A stretch of 64,000 bases of DNA from Candidatus Delongbacteria bacterium (GCA_963663545.1 OY760505.1:2272001-2336000); one strand, 5' to 3'; shown: positions 1 through 10,248, numbered from the stretch's first letter. The notes: generated from the letters alone by a model not told the origin. Made by a program: numbers and translations.

Positions 1-1
1 C

Positions 2-1141
2 GTCGAGGCTGCCAGCGGTAGTCCTGTCGATCGCATCGCAGTGGATTGTGTCACGGGTGATACGCTGTATTACATGGATACGCCTGTAACGACCACGATC
101 CAGAACATCACCTGGAGCCTGGCGTGCGAGGGCGATAGCGCTTTCTGGGCAGCCTCTTTTGCGGGTGGCTTTCGGCGCTATTCGCTGGCCACAGGACAAT
201 GGCACACGCACGTCGTGGATCACAACCGCTTTCAACCTGTGGACAACTTGAATCATCGCGCATTCAGTGTGCTGACAACAACCGACGGTATTTGGGCCGG
301 TTCGGCAGGTGGTGTCAATTACATCACCTGGGAGGATTTCTTTACGCCTGGCCGTGAGGAGCCCGGCGATGGCTGGCGTCATTTCGAATACCAGGAGCCG
401 CAGCTGAACGGAGTCCCCACCGTTACCGGCAACTGGGTGGTGACCATGGATCTGCAGATTCGCAGCGATGGTAGCGAGGTCGTCTGGGTCGCTGGCTGGC
501 GTACCTACGCGGACATTCATGACTACATGGGGTTGACCTGGACCGAGGACGGCGGGCAAACTTGGCATGAAGTCGAAGACATGCGCGAGGTCAAGATCTG
601 GGATCTGGCTTTCAACGGTGACAACATCTGGGTTGCCGCTGAGGACGGGCTTTACAAGAGCAACCGCGACGGCGAGGATGGCAGCTGGGACTTGTATGGT
701 CCGATTCGTGATACAATCACCGGACGCGAGATGATCTATGAGGAAGCCTACGCTGTCGAGTATATCGCCGGAAAGCTGTTAGTGGGCGGATCGCGCGGTG
801 TCTTTGTGAGCGAGGATAACGGCGCAAGCTGGCATTCCACAAACCACGAGCCGCAGCAGCTCTTGTTTGCGCCCAATCCATTCTCACCGGAGGCCTTCGG
901 CAAGGGCTATATCGCCATGAGCCCTGCGCAGGACGAGCGCGTCACTATTCGCATCTACGATTTCGCCATGGAACAAGTTGCTGTAATCGCCAATGGCCGC
1001 GAAATCCCCGGTGGTCTTACGACGGAGATCTACTGGGACGGCAGCAACCAGCAAGGCGACCGGGTTGCCAACGGCGTCTACTTCTATCACGTGGAATCCC
1101 CGAGTGCTTCAACTTGGGGCAAAATCATGGTCATTCGATAA
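2..1141 (+). CDS. 5'-truncated beta-propeller protein with C-terminal FlgD/T9SS-type sorting domain (PorZ-like)
   Basis: Frame is open from nt 2. Repeated 'IWAGS/IWVAAEDGL/SEDNGASW' propeller-like motifs; C-terminal 'FAPNPFSP...IYDFAM...WDGSNQQGDRVANGVYFY...GKIMVIR'. Confidence 0.75.
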   Translation, partial: VEAASGSPVDRIAVDCVTGDTLYYMDTPVTTTIQNITWSLACEGDSAFWAASFAGGFRRYSLATGQWHTHVVDHNRFQPVDNLNHRAFSVLTTTDGIWAGSAGGVNYITWEDFFTPGREEPGDGWRHFEYQEPQLNGVPTVTGNWVVTMDLQIRSDGSEVVWVAGWRTYADIHDYMGLTWTEDGGQTWHEVEDMREVKIWDLAFNGDNIWVAAEDGLYKSNRDGEDGSWDLYGPIRDTITGREMIYEEAYAVEYIAGKLLVGGSRGVFVSEDNGASWHSTNHEPQQLLFAPNPFSPEAFGKGYIAMSPAQDERVTIRIYDFAMEQVAVIANGREIPGGLTTEIYWDGSNQQGDRVANGVYFYHVESPSASTWGKIMVIR

Positions 1142-1152
1142 TGGGGGGCGCA

Positions 1153-2121
1153 ATGGTTAACAGACTATGCCTGACAGCGGTGGCCCTCACATTGGTTGCA
1201 ACGGGCACACTGGTTGCCGATGAGAACTCAAATGGTGGAACGGCAGGCGCAATGCGGCGCATGGGATACAGCGCCCGTGAGCTGGGTATGGGGATGTGCG
1301 CCGTGGCCATGCCTATGGGCGCCGAGAGCAAGCAGTACAATCCCGCACTGATGGCCTGGACCGAAGACATTCAGGTTGGCCTGGATTACTTCAAGCTCAG
1401 CCTGGATCGCAGTATGATGGGAGTGCATGCGGTTATACCCATGAAGCCAGCGGGTGCACTCGGTGCAAGTTGGACACGTGCGGGAGTGGATGAGATTCCC
1501 GAAGTAACGTCCTGGGGCGAGCCGACAGGACGCAACATGTCCTACAGCGAGCACTTGTTTTCTTTTGGTGCGGCCCTTCACCCTGCGCGTCCGGTGGCCT
1601 TTGGTGTTACCGTGAACATTGGTACGGCGACCTTTGCCGATTTGGGAGAGGGTGACCTTGCCGAGACCGCCACGGGTCTGGACGCTGGGATCAGCATTCA
1701 TCCTCGCCGCAATCTGTGGCTGGGAGTTGCCCTGCGCAATGTCGGTTCGTATTACGAGTGGGATAGCAGCAGCATCTGGGATACCGATGGTGAGACACAG
1801 GTTAAAAACAGCCTGCCGACAACTTTTGCTGCGGGATTTGGCGTTAGCCTCTTCGACGAAAGCCTGAACCTTCTGGCCGATTACGAAGCCACCAACGAAG
1901 ACGCCTGGGACATCCGGCTGGGTGGTGAGTATATCCTGCACGATCTTGGGGGACGCGGCGAGGCCGCTTTCCGCGCGGGTTACAACGACGGGAGTATCAC
2001 GGCCGGAGCCGGATTCGTTTGGCCTCTCGAGAAAATTGGTCTAGGTCTAGACTATGCCGTGGTCTTCCACGAAAATGATCCGGAAGAGATTCATGTACTG
2101 TCCTGGTCGTTCCGTTTCTAG
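1153..2121 (+). CDS. PorV/PorQ-family outer-membrane beta-barrel protein
   Basis: Signal peptide; 'MGYSARELGMG...YNPALMA' N-terminal motif; C-terminal 'LDYA...HVLSWSFRF' barrel signature. Confidence 0.75.
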   Translation: MVNRLCLTAVALTLVATGTLVADENSNGGTAGAMRRMGYSARELGMGMCAVAMPMGAESKQYNPALMAWTEDIQVGLDYFKLSLDRSMMGVHAVIPMKPAGALGASWTRAGVDEIPEVTSWGEPTGRNMSYSEHLFSFGAALHPARPVAFGVTVNIGTATFADLGEGDLAETATGLDAGISIHPRRNLWLGVALRNVGSYYEWDSSSIWDTDGETQVKNSLPTTFAAGFGVSLFDESLNLLADYEATNEDAWDIRLGGEYILHDLGGRGEAAFRAGYNDGSITAGAGFVWPLEKIGLGLDYAVVFHENDPEEIHVLSWSFRF

Positions 2122-2131
2122 GAGAATTGCG

Positions 2132-3025
2132 ATGCGAAGTCTGATTGTCTGTCTGCTCCTTGCCGCGAATGCCTACGCGGTCGATCATGGCCTTGCGTTT
2201 CTGACGATTTCCTGTGATGCCAATTCCGGTGCGCTTGGCGAGACTGGGGTCTCTGTGTATCACAATACTCTTTCCAGTCTGCAGAATCCTGCCCTGATGC
2301 CGGAGCATTGGCAGCCGACGGTATCTGTGACACACAATGACTGGATCTATGATGCGAATGTGCAAACGCTGGCTGCAGGGGTTCCCCTCGGTCCGGTTTG
2401 GTTGAGCGCAGATCTGCGGCGTCATGCTGTCGAGGATATCGAGTTGCAGACCAGTCCCGATGAGGATCCTGAAGGCACTTACGATGCTGACGATGTGGCG
2501 GGTGGCCTAAGTATAGCTGTTCCGCTTCCACAGGGCTTCGGCGCAGGTGCCTCCGTGAGACGTGTACACGAGAAAATCCTGAGCGAGGATACGCGTGGCT
2601 GGGCTTTTGACGCTGGCGTTCACTGGCAAGGGCCGAAGGAATGGTCGCGTCCGCTGCAAGCCGGAGTTGTAGTACAGCACCTGGGCAATATGTCTGAATT
2701 GGATCAGGAGGCGCCTGAGTTGCCACGAACGATTCAGGGCGGTGTTACCATGAGCCGTATTCTGCCTGTATCACAATGGCAGAGTGCGCTCAGTGTCGAG
2801 TATCGCAGCGTGCGCGACAACGATGCGAATGTCCTCGTGGGTGTCGCTGTATCACCGATCTCTGCGCTGCAATTGCGTGCTGGCTATATGACGGGCTACG
2901 ACGACCGCGCGCTGACCTTGGGATTCGGCCTTGTCTGGCGTGGTTTGACTCTGGACTACGGGTATCTTCCCATGGATTCCGAATTGGGCGATACACACAA
3001 GTTCACTTTTTCCTTTGCGCTCTAA
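2132..3025 (+). CDS. PorV/PorQ-family outer-membrane beta-barrel protein (second paralogue)
   Basis: RBS GGAG before ATG 2132; 'GLAFLTISCDANSGALGE...NPAL'; C-terminal 'LDYGY...ELGDTHKFTFSFAL'. Confidence 0.8.
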   Translation: MRSLIVCLLLAANAYAVDHGLAFLTISCDANSGALGETGVSVYHNTLSSLQNPALMPEHWQPTVSVTHNDWIYDANVQTLAAGVPLGPVWLSADLRRHAVEDIELQTSPDEDPEGTYDADDVAGGLSIAVPLPQGFGAGASVRRVHEKILSEDTRGWAFDAGVHWQGPKEWSRPLQAGVVVQHLGNMSELDQEAPELPRTIQGGVTMSRILPVSQWQSALSVEYRSVRDNDANVLVGVAVSPISALQLRAGYMTGYDDRALTLGFGLVWRGLTLDYGYLPMDSELGDTHKFTFSFAL

Positions 3026-3120
3026 TCGGCAGATTGGCCTTCGAACCGGTGCTCCTGCAAGACACCGGTTTTGTGTCTTTCGAGAAGCTTCAAGTGGATC
3101 AAAAGAGGATCAGTACAGAA

Positions 3121-4239
3121 ATGGCGAAATACCGCATTGCCTGGCTGCCCGGAGATGGTGTGGGCAACGACGTGATGGATGCGACCCGACCCGTGCTGGA
3201 CAAGCTTGGCTTTGACGCCGAGTACATTCACGGAGACATCGGTTGGGAGTTCTGGTGCAAAGAGGGAAATCCTCTGCCAGATCGTACGCTGGAGGTCCTG
3301 CGTAACACGGACGCCTGCCTGTTTGGCGCCATCACCAGCAAGCCTCGTGACGAAGCAGCAGAGGAGCTGATTCCCGAGCTGAAGGGCAAGGGCCTGACCT
3401 ATTTCAGCCCCATCGTCCGCCTGCGTCAGGAGTTCAACCTGCACTCCAATGTGCGCCCCTGCAAGGCCTATCCCGGCAATCCGCTGAATTACAAGGATGA
3501 CGTGGATCTGGTGATCTTCCGCGAGAACACCGAGGGTATGTACGGCGGTATCGAGTTCCACCCGCTGCCGCAGGAAGTCTACGACGCCCTGTGCCTGAAC
3601 CCCAAGATGAAGAAGTTCTCCAAGTTCGACCTGGCCGATATCGCCTTGTCCACGCGCATTATGACCCGCCAGGGTTGCAGCCGCATTGTGCGCAACGCTT
3701 TCGAGTATGCGCGCAAGCACGGTCGCAAGAGCGTGACCATTGTCGAGAAGCCCAATGTGCTGCGTGAGACCGGTGGATTGATGGTGCGTGAGGCTCGCAA
3801 GGTCGCGCAGGAGTATCCCGAAATTCCGCTGTACGAAACCAACATCGACGCCCAGTGCATGTGGCTGTTGAAGAACCCGAACGACTACGATGTGCTCGTT
3901 GCCGAGAACATGTTTGGTGACATCATCAGCGACCTGAGTGCGCAGCTGGTGGGCGGTCTTGGCTTTGCCAGCAGCGGCAACATCGGCGACAACTACGCCG
4001 TGTTCGAGCCGACTCACGGCAGCGCGCCGAAGTATCACGGCAAGAACAAGGTCAATCCCATTGCCATGCTGCTCACCGCCAAAATGATGATCGAATGGTT
4101 GGGTGAGATCAAGATGGCCGAGCGTCTGGAGCGTGCTATCGCTGCAGTTTTGGCCGATGGTGTCCACCGCACCTACGATATGGGCGGCAGCACCGGCACA
4201 AAGGAGATGGCGCAGGCCGTCATCGACAAGCTGGACTGA
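3121..4239 (+). CDS. Isocitrate/isopropylmalate (homoisocitrate) dehydrogenase family protein
   Basis: 'PGDGVG', 'IFRENTEG', 'NMFGDIISDL', 'FEPTHGSAP', 'TYDMGG' motifs. Substrate not resolved. Confidence 0.92.
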   Translation: MAKYRIAWLPGDGVGNDVMDATRPVLDKLGFDAEYIHGDIGWEFWCKEGNPLPDRTLEVLRNTDACLFGAITSKPRDEAAEELIPELKGKGLTYFSPIVRLRQEFNLHSNVRPCKAYPGNPLNYKDDVDLVIFRENTEGMYGGIEFHPLPQEVYDALCLNPKMKKFSKFDLADIALSTRIMTRQGCSRIVRNAFEYARKHGRKSVTIVEKPNVLRETGGLMVREARKVAQEYPEIPLYETNIDAQCMWLLKNPNDYDVLVAENMFGDIISDLSAQLVGGLGFASSGNIGDNYAVFEPTHGSAPKYHGKNKVNPIAMLLTAKMMIEWLGEIKMAERLERAIAAVLADGVHRTYDMGGSTGTKEMAQAVIDKLD

Positions 4240-4241
4240 TC

Positions 4242-4865
4242 GTGCTGATTCCCATTGGAAATCAAGAGGGTCGCGGTGGACTGCCGCGACTCTCTCTTTT
4301 TCTGCCTGCACTACTGCTGCTGGGCTGCGGTCTGTTTGAGAGCCGTGATGCTGAAGAGCCCAGCGGTGATACCTCCGCCGAATGGCTTCCCCCCATTTCC
4401 CCCAGTGCCGTGATACACAACATCCAGGAGGCGGTGCGCGTACTGGACCGCACGAACTATCTGGGCGCTCTGGCACAGGAGGACTGGGAGCATCCCTTTC
4501 TGTTTGTCGCAGATCCGCAATTGGTAGATCGCACTCTGCTCGAGGGTTGGGGAATTGCCGAAGAAACAGGTTACTGGTACAACCTGGTCGAACAGTTTGA
4601 GACCGCAGAAAGTGGCGCAGCGCACGAGTTGCTTCTGGCCGCAGTTGATAGCACGTATTACGGCGACAGTGCAGCGTTTCATGCCGACTACCTTCTGCTG
4701 ATGGATCACCAGCGCGATGGCTTGCCTACTCAGTTTGAGGGCAGTATTCGCCTCTTGCTGACGCGTAATGGCGAGCTGGGAGACTGGGCTGTATCACGCT
4801 GGGAGGATTTTGCTGCGGATTCTACCGGAGGATGGTCGCGGTTGCGAGTGGAGTTTGCCTGGTGA
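4242..4865 (+). CDS. Hypothetical lipoprotein
   Basis: Hydrophobic stretch with lipobox 'LLLGC'; start codon uncertain. Confidence 0.65.
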   Translation: MLIPIGNQEGRGGLPRLSLFLPALLLLGCGLFESRDAEEPSGDTSAEWLPPISPSAVIHNIQEAVRVLDRTNYLGALAQEDWEHPFLFVADPQLVDRTLLEGWGIAEETGYWYNLVEQFETAESGAAHELLLAAVDSTYYGDSAAFHADYLLLMDHQRDGLPTQFEGSIRLLLTRNGELGDWAVSRWEDFAADSTGGWSRLRVEFAW

Positions 4866-5389
4866 TACGGCGGCTGACTGGTATCGCTGCGGGCGCGCTG
4901 CTGCTGTCCGCGTGTCGCAACCCCTTTGCGCCTCCCCTGGGTGATCCTGTTTCGGTCTGGACAGACCAGGAAACCGTCGGCGGTCTGCTGGACAACTTCC
5001 GCCAGAGCTACACGCGCCGCGACAGCCTGCGCTACGCCGAATGCCTTGCTTGCCCCGACTTCCGCTTCAATTATTTCGATGCCGACCTCGGCGACTACAC
5101 CTGGATGCCGCGCGAATTGGACCTGACCACGACAGCGCGCCTCTTCGACCACTACCAGACCGTGGACCTGCGCTGGGTGGGGATCTCCGATCAGTTGGCG
5201 GCGCTTTCCACTCTCGACTCGCTGATCAGTTTTACCGTCTTCTTCGAACTCAGCCTGGACGCCGAGATCATCACCGGTCACGCCCGATTTCATGTGATTC
5301 GCAGCATGCCTGAAAGCGACGCCTGCCGCAGCGCCTTTTACGACGACGCTCCTGTCTTTCGCATCCTTCAGTGGGACGACGACTTGTAG
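4862..5389 (+). CDS. Hypothetical lipoprotein
   Basis: GTG start overlaps upstream stop (GTGA); lipobox 'LSAC-RNPFAP'. Confidence 0.7.
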   Translation: MIRRLTGIAAGALLLSACRNPFAPPLGDPVSVWTDQETVGGLLDNFRQSYTRRDSLRYAECLACPDFRFNYFDADLGDYTWMPRELDLTTTARLFDHYQTVDLRWVGISDQLAALSTLDSLISFTVFFELSLDAEIITGHARFHVIRSMPESDACRSAFYDDAPVFRILQWDDDL

Positions 5390-5417
5390 CCCTCCATTGC
5401 ATCTCCGATCTTGAGGC

Positions 5418-6179
5418 ATGCCCGGATTGCTGCATCTGCTGAGTCTACTTTTCTTCACTACCCTGGCTTTGACCGAGGGCTTTTCGGCTACACACAATCT
5501 GTGCATCATTGTTGATGACTTGGGCCATCGTCTTCCGGTGGCCTTGGATCAGCAATTGCAGGATCTACCCCGCGAAGTCAGTTTTTCCATTCTACCCGAC
5601 CTGGCATGTTCGAGTGATGTTGCCGCACGTTGCCGTCGCAGGCAGCGCGAGTTTCTACTACACATTCCCTGGGCGCCTGTGCCGCCTTGTTCCTGCACCA
5701 GCCCGCAGGTGCTGCCTGTACACTCAACGCCCGCTTTGCTACATAGTGAGCTCAAACGTTGGAGCCTTGATCTGGCGGGGTATACGGCCGCCAATAATCA
5801 TCAAGGCTCGCTTGCTTCCTGTGATACATGCTTTCTGCATTCCTTCGCAGAAGCATGGCGACCATTCGACAGATTGTTCATCGATAGCCGCACGTCCAGC
5901 AACTCTCGCGTGAGTCGTGTGTTACGCGACGCGGGCTGCTCTGTTGCCGAAAACAGCCTCTTTCTGGATCACGAGGACGAGGATTCTGTGATACAAGAGC
6001 GACTGCGGGATCTGGAACGTTTGCTTGTGTCACGCAAACAAGTGATCGCCATCTGTCATCCTCGCGAGCGAACGCTGCGACTGCTTGGCGAGTGGCTGCG
6101 GGAGTTACCCGCAGGAGTCGTGTTGATTCCTGTAAGTGCCTTGAGTGAGAACTCGGGGAAATCCCGGACAGGAGATTGA
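5418..6179 (+). CDS. Divergent polysaccharide deacetylase family protein (YibQ-like)
   Basis: 'IIVDDLG', 'LLHIP', 'NNHQGS', 'FIDSRT', 'FLD', 'AICHP' motifs. Confidence 0.85.
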   Translation: MPGLLHLLSLLFFTTLALTEGFSATHNLCIIVDDLGHRLPVALDQQLQDLPREVSFSILPDLACSSDVAARCRRRQREFLLHIPWAPVPPCSCTSPQVLPVHSTPALLHSELKRWSLDLAGYTAANNHQGSLASCDTCFLHSFAEAWRPFDRLFIDSRTSSNSRVSRVLRDAGCSVAENSLFLDHEDEDSVIQERLRDLERLLVSRKQVIAICHPRERTLRLLGEWLRELPAGVVLIPVSALSENSGKSRTGD

Positions 6180-6180
6180 G

Positions 6181-6882
6181 ATGCGTCTGGCAACCAGACT
6201 TGATTCACTGATCGCATTGCGCTCGATGCGCGCCGACCGGCAGCCGGATCTCTTTGGCGCTCTTAGTGTTCTGGAGCGAGCTGGCGCCGACGGCGTGGTC
6301 TGTCGGTTGGATGGATCTGGTGCGCCGGGCGACAAGGAGTTGGCCTTGCTGCGCAAGCAATCGCCTCTGCACTTCTGTCTTGCTGTCTCACCTGTAGCCG
6401 CCGATGTCCAGCGCGCCATCGACCTGCGTCCCGATATGGTGCTCTTCCAGACCGCAAGTGCGAGCGGTGGCCGCATGGATCTGGCGTCCGCTGGTGAAGC
6501 GCTGCGCGAGCTTGTGATACAACTTCACGCCCACGGCATTGTTGTGCAAATGGAAGTGGACCCCGAGCTGCAGCAGATCCGCGAGTGCAAGCGACTTGAG
6601 GCGGACTTCCTGCTGTTGGATACCACGCGCTTTGCTGAGCAGTCCGATGAGCGGGAGTCGCTGGCAGAAGAGGGCCGTTTGCTAGAGGCAACCATGGCCG
6701 CGCGCAAGTTCGGACTGCGGGTCGCCATGGGTGGCGGCATCAGTTACCAGACTGTATCACGGCTGGCCGCCATACAAGGCGCCGAGGAGCTGGTGGTTGG
6801 TCATGCGCTCTTTGCCCGAGCCATGCTGGATGGCCTGGATCGCGCAGTTCGCGATTTGCGCGAGCGCATCCATTTTCGTTGA
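6181..6882 (+). CDS. pdxJ: PdxJ-like (pyridoxine 5'-phosphate synthase fold) protein with substituted catalytic residues
   Basis: Overall PdxJ pattern (LR...PD...AGADG, 'ELVVGHALFARA...GLDRAVRD'), but the HLREDRRH, NLE and AGHG motifs are not conserved. Confidence 0.7.
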   Translation: MRLATRLDSLIALRSMRADRQPDLFGALSVLERAGADGVVCRLDGSGAPGDKELALLRKQSPLHFCLAVSPVAADVQRAIDLRPDMVLFQTASASGGRMDLASAGEALRELVIQLHAHGIVVQMEVDPELQQIRECKRLEADFLLLDTTRFAEQSDERESLAEEGRLLEATMAARKFGLRVAMGGGISYQTVSRLAAIQGAEELVVGHALFARAMLDGLDRAVRDLRERIHFR

Positions 6883-6931
6883 GGACAGACCCCGCCCGAT
6901 TTCTGGCGCGGAGTGAAATACACAAGAAGCA

Positions 6932-8320
6932 ATGGTGAGCGATATGCCTTTTCCAGCCGAGCCCTTCCGCATCAAGGTTGTTGAGCCGGTCAAGCTGATT
7001 TCCCGCGAAGAGCGGGAGCAGGTTCTGCGTGACGCGGGTTACAACCTCTTTTCCGTGCCTGCCGAGAAGATTTACATCGACCTGCTGACCGATTCGGGCA
7101 CCAGTGCCATGTCGGATTATCAGTGGGCGGGCATGATGATGGGCGACGAATCCTACGCCCAGTGCCGTAACTTCTTTCATTTCGAACAGCGTGTGCAGGA
7201 GATCACGGGCTACAAGCACGTGATACCGACGCACCAAGGTCGTGTCGCCGAGAACCTGCTGTTTTCAACGGTGGTCAGGGCCGGTAAAACGGTAATCAAC
7301 AACACGCACTTCGATACCACGCGTGCCAACGTGCAGGCCAACGGCGGTCAGGCGTTGGATCTTGTGCAGGAGAAGGGCAAGGATCCTTCCATCGTCGAAC
7401 CCTTCAAGGGTGACATGGATGTGGAGATGCTCGAAGCCGAAATCAAGCGCATTGGCGTGGAGAACATTCCGCTGGTAATGCTCACGGTGACCAACAACTC
7501 CGGCGGCGGTCAGCCCGTGTCCATGCAGAACGTGCGCGCGGTCAGCGAAGTCTGCAAGCGCTACGGCCTGCCGCTCTTTTTTGACGCCTGCCGTTTTGCC
7601 GAGAACTGCTGGTTCATCAAGCAGCGCGATCCCGAGTTTGCCGATCGCAGTGTGCTGTCCATTGCCCAGGAGCTCTTCAGCTACGGCGACGGCTGCACCA
7701 TGAGCGCCAAAAAGGATGCCCTGGTCAACATGGGCGGCTTCCTGGCTCTTAACGACGAGTCGCTGGCGGACAAGCTGCGCGATCGTCTGATTCTGATCGA
7801 GGGCTTCCTGACCTACGGTGGTCTGGCAGGTCGCGACCTAGAGGCTGTAGCACGCGGACTGGAAGACGTGATGAACGAGGATTACCTCGCCTACCGCACC
7901 GGCCAGATAGCCGCCATCGGCGAGATGCTCGAGGCCAGCGGCATTCCCTTCGTCAAGCCCACAGGCGGTCACGCGCTGTTCCTGGATGCCAAGAGTTTCC
8001 TGCCGCACATCCCGCAGGAACAGTTCCCGGGCCAGAGCCTGAACTGCGAGCTCTATCGCGAAGTTGGCGTGCGCGCCGTGGAGATTGGTTCGCTCATGTT
8101 TGCCGAGCCACATCCCGATACAGGTGTGATCGTGACACCGCCGATGGAACTGGTGCGTCTGGCGATTCCGCGTCGCGTCTACACCGAGTCTCATCTGCGC
8201 TATGTGGTCGAAGGTATCACACGTATCTACGAGCGCCGTGATACACTCAAGGGAATGCGTATCACGTGGGCACCCAAGGCGCTGCGCCATTTTCGTGCCC
8301 ATTTGGAGTATGTGGACTAG
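6932..8320 (+). CDS. tnaA: Tryptophanase (beta-eliminating lyase family); alternative start at 6944
   Basis: 'IDLLTDSGT', 'HQGR', 'MSAKKD' PLP lysine, 'YGGLAGRD', 'RLAIPRRVYT'. 'LRHF' is TnaA-type rather than the LRFF of tyrosine phenol-lyase. Confidence 0.9.
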   Translation: MVSDMPFPAEPFRIKVVEPVKLISREEREQVLRDAGYNLFSVPAEKIYIDLLTDSGTSAMSDYQWAGMMMGDESYAQCRNFFHFEQRVQEITGYKHVIPTHQGRVAENLLFSTVVRAGKTVINNTHFDTTRANVQANGGQALDLVQEKGKDPSIVEPFKGDMDVEMLEAEIKRIGVENIPLVMLTVTNNSGGGQPVSMQNVRAVSEVCKRYGLPLFFDACRFAENCWFIKQRDPEFADRSVLSIAQELFSYGDGCTMSAKKDALVNMGGFLALNDESLADKLRDRLILIEGFLTYGGLAGRDLEAVARGLEDVMNEDYLAYRTGQIAAIGEMLEASGIPFVKPTGGHALFLDAKSFLPHIPQEQFPGQSLNCELYREVGVRAVEIGSLMFAEPHPDTGVIVTPPMELVRLAIPRRVYTESHLRYVVEGITRIYERRDTLKGMRITWAPKALRHFRAHLEYVD

Positions 8321-8410
8321 AGGCCGCTGATTTTGTGTGACGAATCCACTTCGGCAAAGCGCCGTAGTATCGACATTGACTCTGAGTCCCGAACGGATTG
8401 GACGGGTCGC

Positions 8411-9052
8411 GTGATACGCGCTGTCTTTATGGACATGGACGGAGTCGTGGTGGATTCCATTCCCAACCATAGTCGTGCCTGGGTCGAGGCTTTTGCCGCG
8501 CGCGGAATCAGCCTCGATCCAGTCCTTCCGCGTCTGCGGGAGGGCGAGAAGGCGCTGCTGACCTGCCATTGGCTCAGTGAGCGCTACGGCTTGGGCTGGA
8601 CAGAAGAAGAGTGCGTGGCGCTGGTTGCCGAGAAGCGTCAGCGCTTTCGTTCTTACGGTGTGCCACAGATTTTTCCGGGAGTGAATCGTTTGCTGGACGA
8701 TCTGGGCGCGCGCCGCTTGCCATGTGTGCTGGTCACCGGATCAGCACGGGTCAATGTGAATCACAGTCTGGGCGACACCCTGCACCGCTTTCACCACGTC
8801 ATCGCCGCAGAAGATGTGATGCATGGAAAGCCGGATCCAGAACCTTATCTGCGCGCAGTGGATCGGGTGATGGTTCCGCCTTCGGAGTGCCTCGTCATCG
8901 AGAACGCTCCCTTTGGTATCGAAGCCGCCCGCAGAGCCGGTTGCCGGGTTGTTGCCTTGACAACGACGCTGGAGGCCCGCCACCTTGACGGCGCGGATTC
9001 CGTTTTGGACTCGCATGAGAGAATTCTCGAACTGCTGGATTCGGGGAAGTGA
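8411..9052 (+). CDS. HAD-family phosphatase (beta-PGM-like)
   Basis: GTG start gives 'MIRAVFMDMDGV'; 'GKPDPEPY', 'VIENAPFGIEAA' motifs. Confidence 0.88.
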   Translation: MIRAVFMDMDGVVVDSIPNHSRAWVEAFAARGISLDPVLPRLREGEKALLTCHWLSERYGLGWTEEECVALVAEKRQRFRSYGVPQIFPGVNRLLDDLGARRLPCVLVTGSARVNVNHSLGDTLHRFHHVIAAEDVMHGKPDPEPYLRAVDRVMVPPSECLVIENAPFGIEAARRAGCRVVALTTTLEARHLDGADSVLDSHERILELLDSGK

Positions 9053-9097
9053 TACAGTAGCGCGTGACACAGTCAGCGAGGATTGCAGGAGGACGTG

Positions 9098-10132
9098 ATG
9101 GAGAAGATGATTACAATCGATCGCCACATCAGTGAGCAGGAGCGGAAGTATCCTGGCGCTTCCGGTGCTCTTTCGGATGTGCTGTACCAGATCGCGCTGG
9201 CTGGCAAGATCATCAACCGCGAGGTCAACCGCGCGGGACTGATCAATCTGCTGGGCAAGACTGGTGATACAAATGTGCAAGGCGAGGCTGTCGCCAAGCT
9301 GGATGATTACGCCAACGAAGTGCTTGTGCGTACGCTGGGGATGGGCGGTCGTGTCTGCCTGATCGGTTCAGAAGAAACACCCGATGTGATACGCATGAAC
9401 ACCGAGTCGTCACGAGCCAAGTATGTGGTGAATTTCGACCCGCTGGATGGCAGCTCGAACATCGATGCCAACGTGTCCATCGGCACCATCTTCTCGATCC
9501 ACGAGCGTGTCACACCCGTGACACAGGATCCGACCGACGCCGATGTGCTACAAATTGGACGCAAGATGGTGGCCGCCGGATACATCGTCTACGGCAGCTC
9601 CACGATCATGGTCTACACTACACGTAACGGAACCGTGGACGGTTTTACGCTGGATCCTTCCGTGGGCGAATTCCTGCGCAGTCATCCCGACATTCGCACG
9701 CCGAAGCGCGGCAAGATTCTCAGCTGCAACATTGGCTACCAGCACTACTGGGCCCAGGGCGTGCGCGATTACATCGAGGCCGTGACACAAGAAGATCCGG
9801 AAAAGGGCCGTCCCTTCACCATGCGCTACATCGGTTCGCTAGTGGCTGATTTTCATCGCAACCTGCTCTACGGCGGCATCTTCATTTACCCGCCCAACAT
9901 CACCGGACCGCGTCGGCACAAGGGCAAACTGAGACTGCTGTACGAAGCGAACCCGCTGGCTGCGGTCGCTGAGAATGCAGGTGGTCTGGCGACAAACGGT
10001 TGTCACGATGTACTGGATGTTCAACCCAAAGAGTTGCATCAGCGCACGCCGTTGATCATTGGCAGTTATGACGATGTGACCGAACTGATGAACTATCTGC
10101 GTCGCAGGGGAGAAGACGTCCTGGTGGGCTAA
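9098..10132 (+). CDS. fbp: Class 1 fructose-1,6-bisphosphatase
   Basis: 'SEE', 'FDPLDGSSNID', 'RYIGSLVADFHR', 'GKLRLLYEANP'. Confidence 0.96.
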   Translation: MEKMITIDRHISEQERKYPGASGALSDVLYQIALAGKIINREVNRAGLINLLGKTGDTNVQGEAVAKLDDYANEVLVRTLGMGGRVCLIGSEETPDVIRMNTESSRAKYVVNFDPLDGSSNIDANVSIGTIFSIHERVTPVTQDPTDADVLQIGRKMVAAGYIVYGSSTIMVYTTRNGTVDGFTLDPSVGEFLRSHPDIRTPKRGKILSCNIGYQHYWAQGVRDYIEAVTQEDPEKGRPFTMRYIGSLVADFHRNLLYGGIFIYPPNITGPRRHKGKLRLLYEANPLAAVAENAGGLATNGCHDVLDVQPKELHQRTPLIIGSYDDVTELMNYLRRRGEDVLVG

Positions 10133-10248
10133 TGAATCCCAAGCGGCAGAGTTTTACATTATAAAGTTTTCCGATTCACAACCGCCCGAGCGGTTATGTA
10201 TCACGTTCATGAACCATGACGAACCGTTGGCATAGAAAGGAGCAAGTA

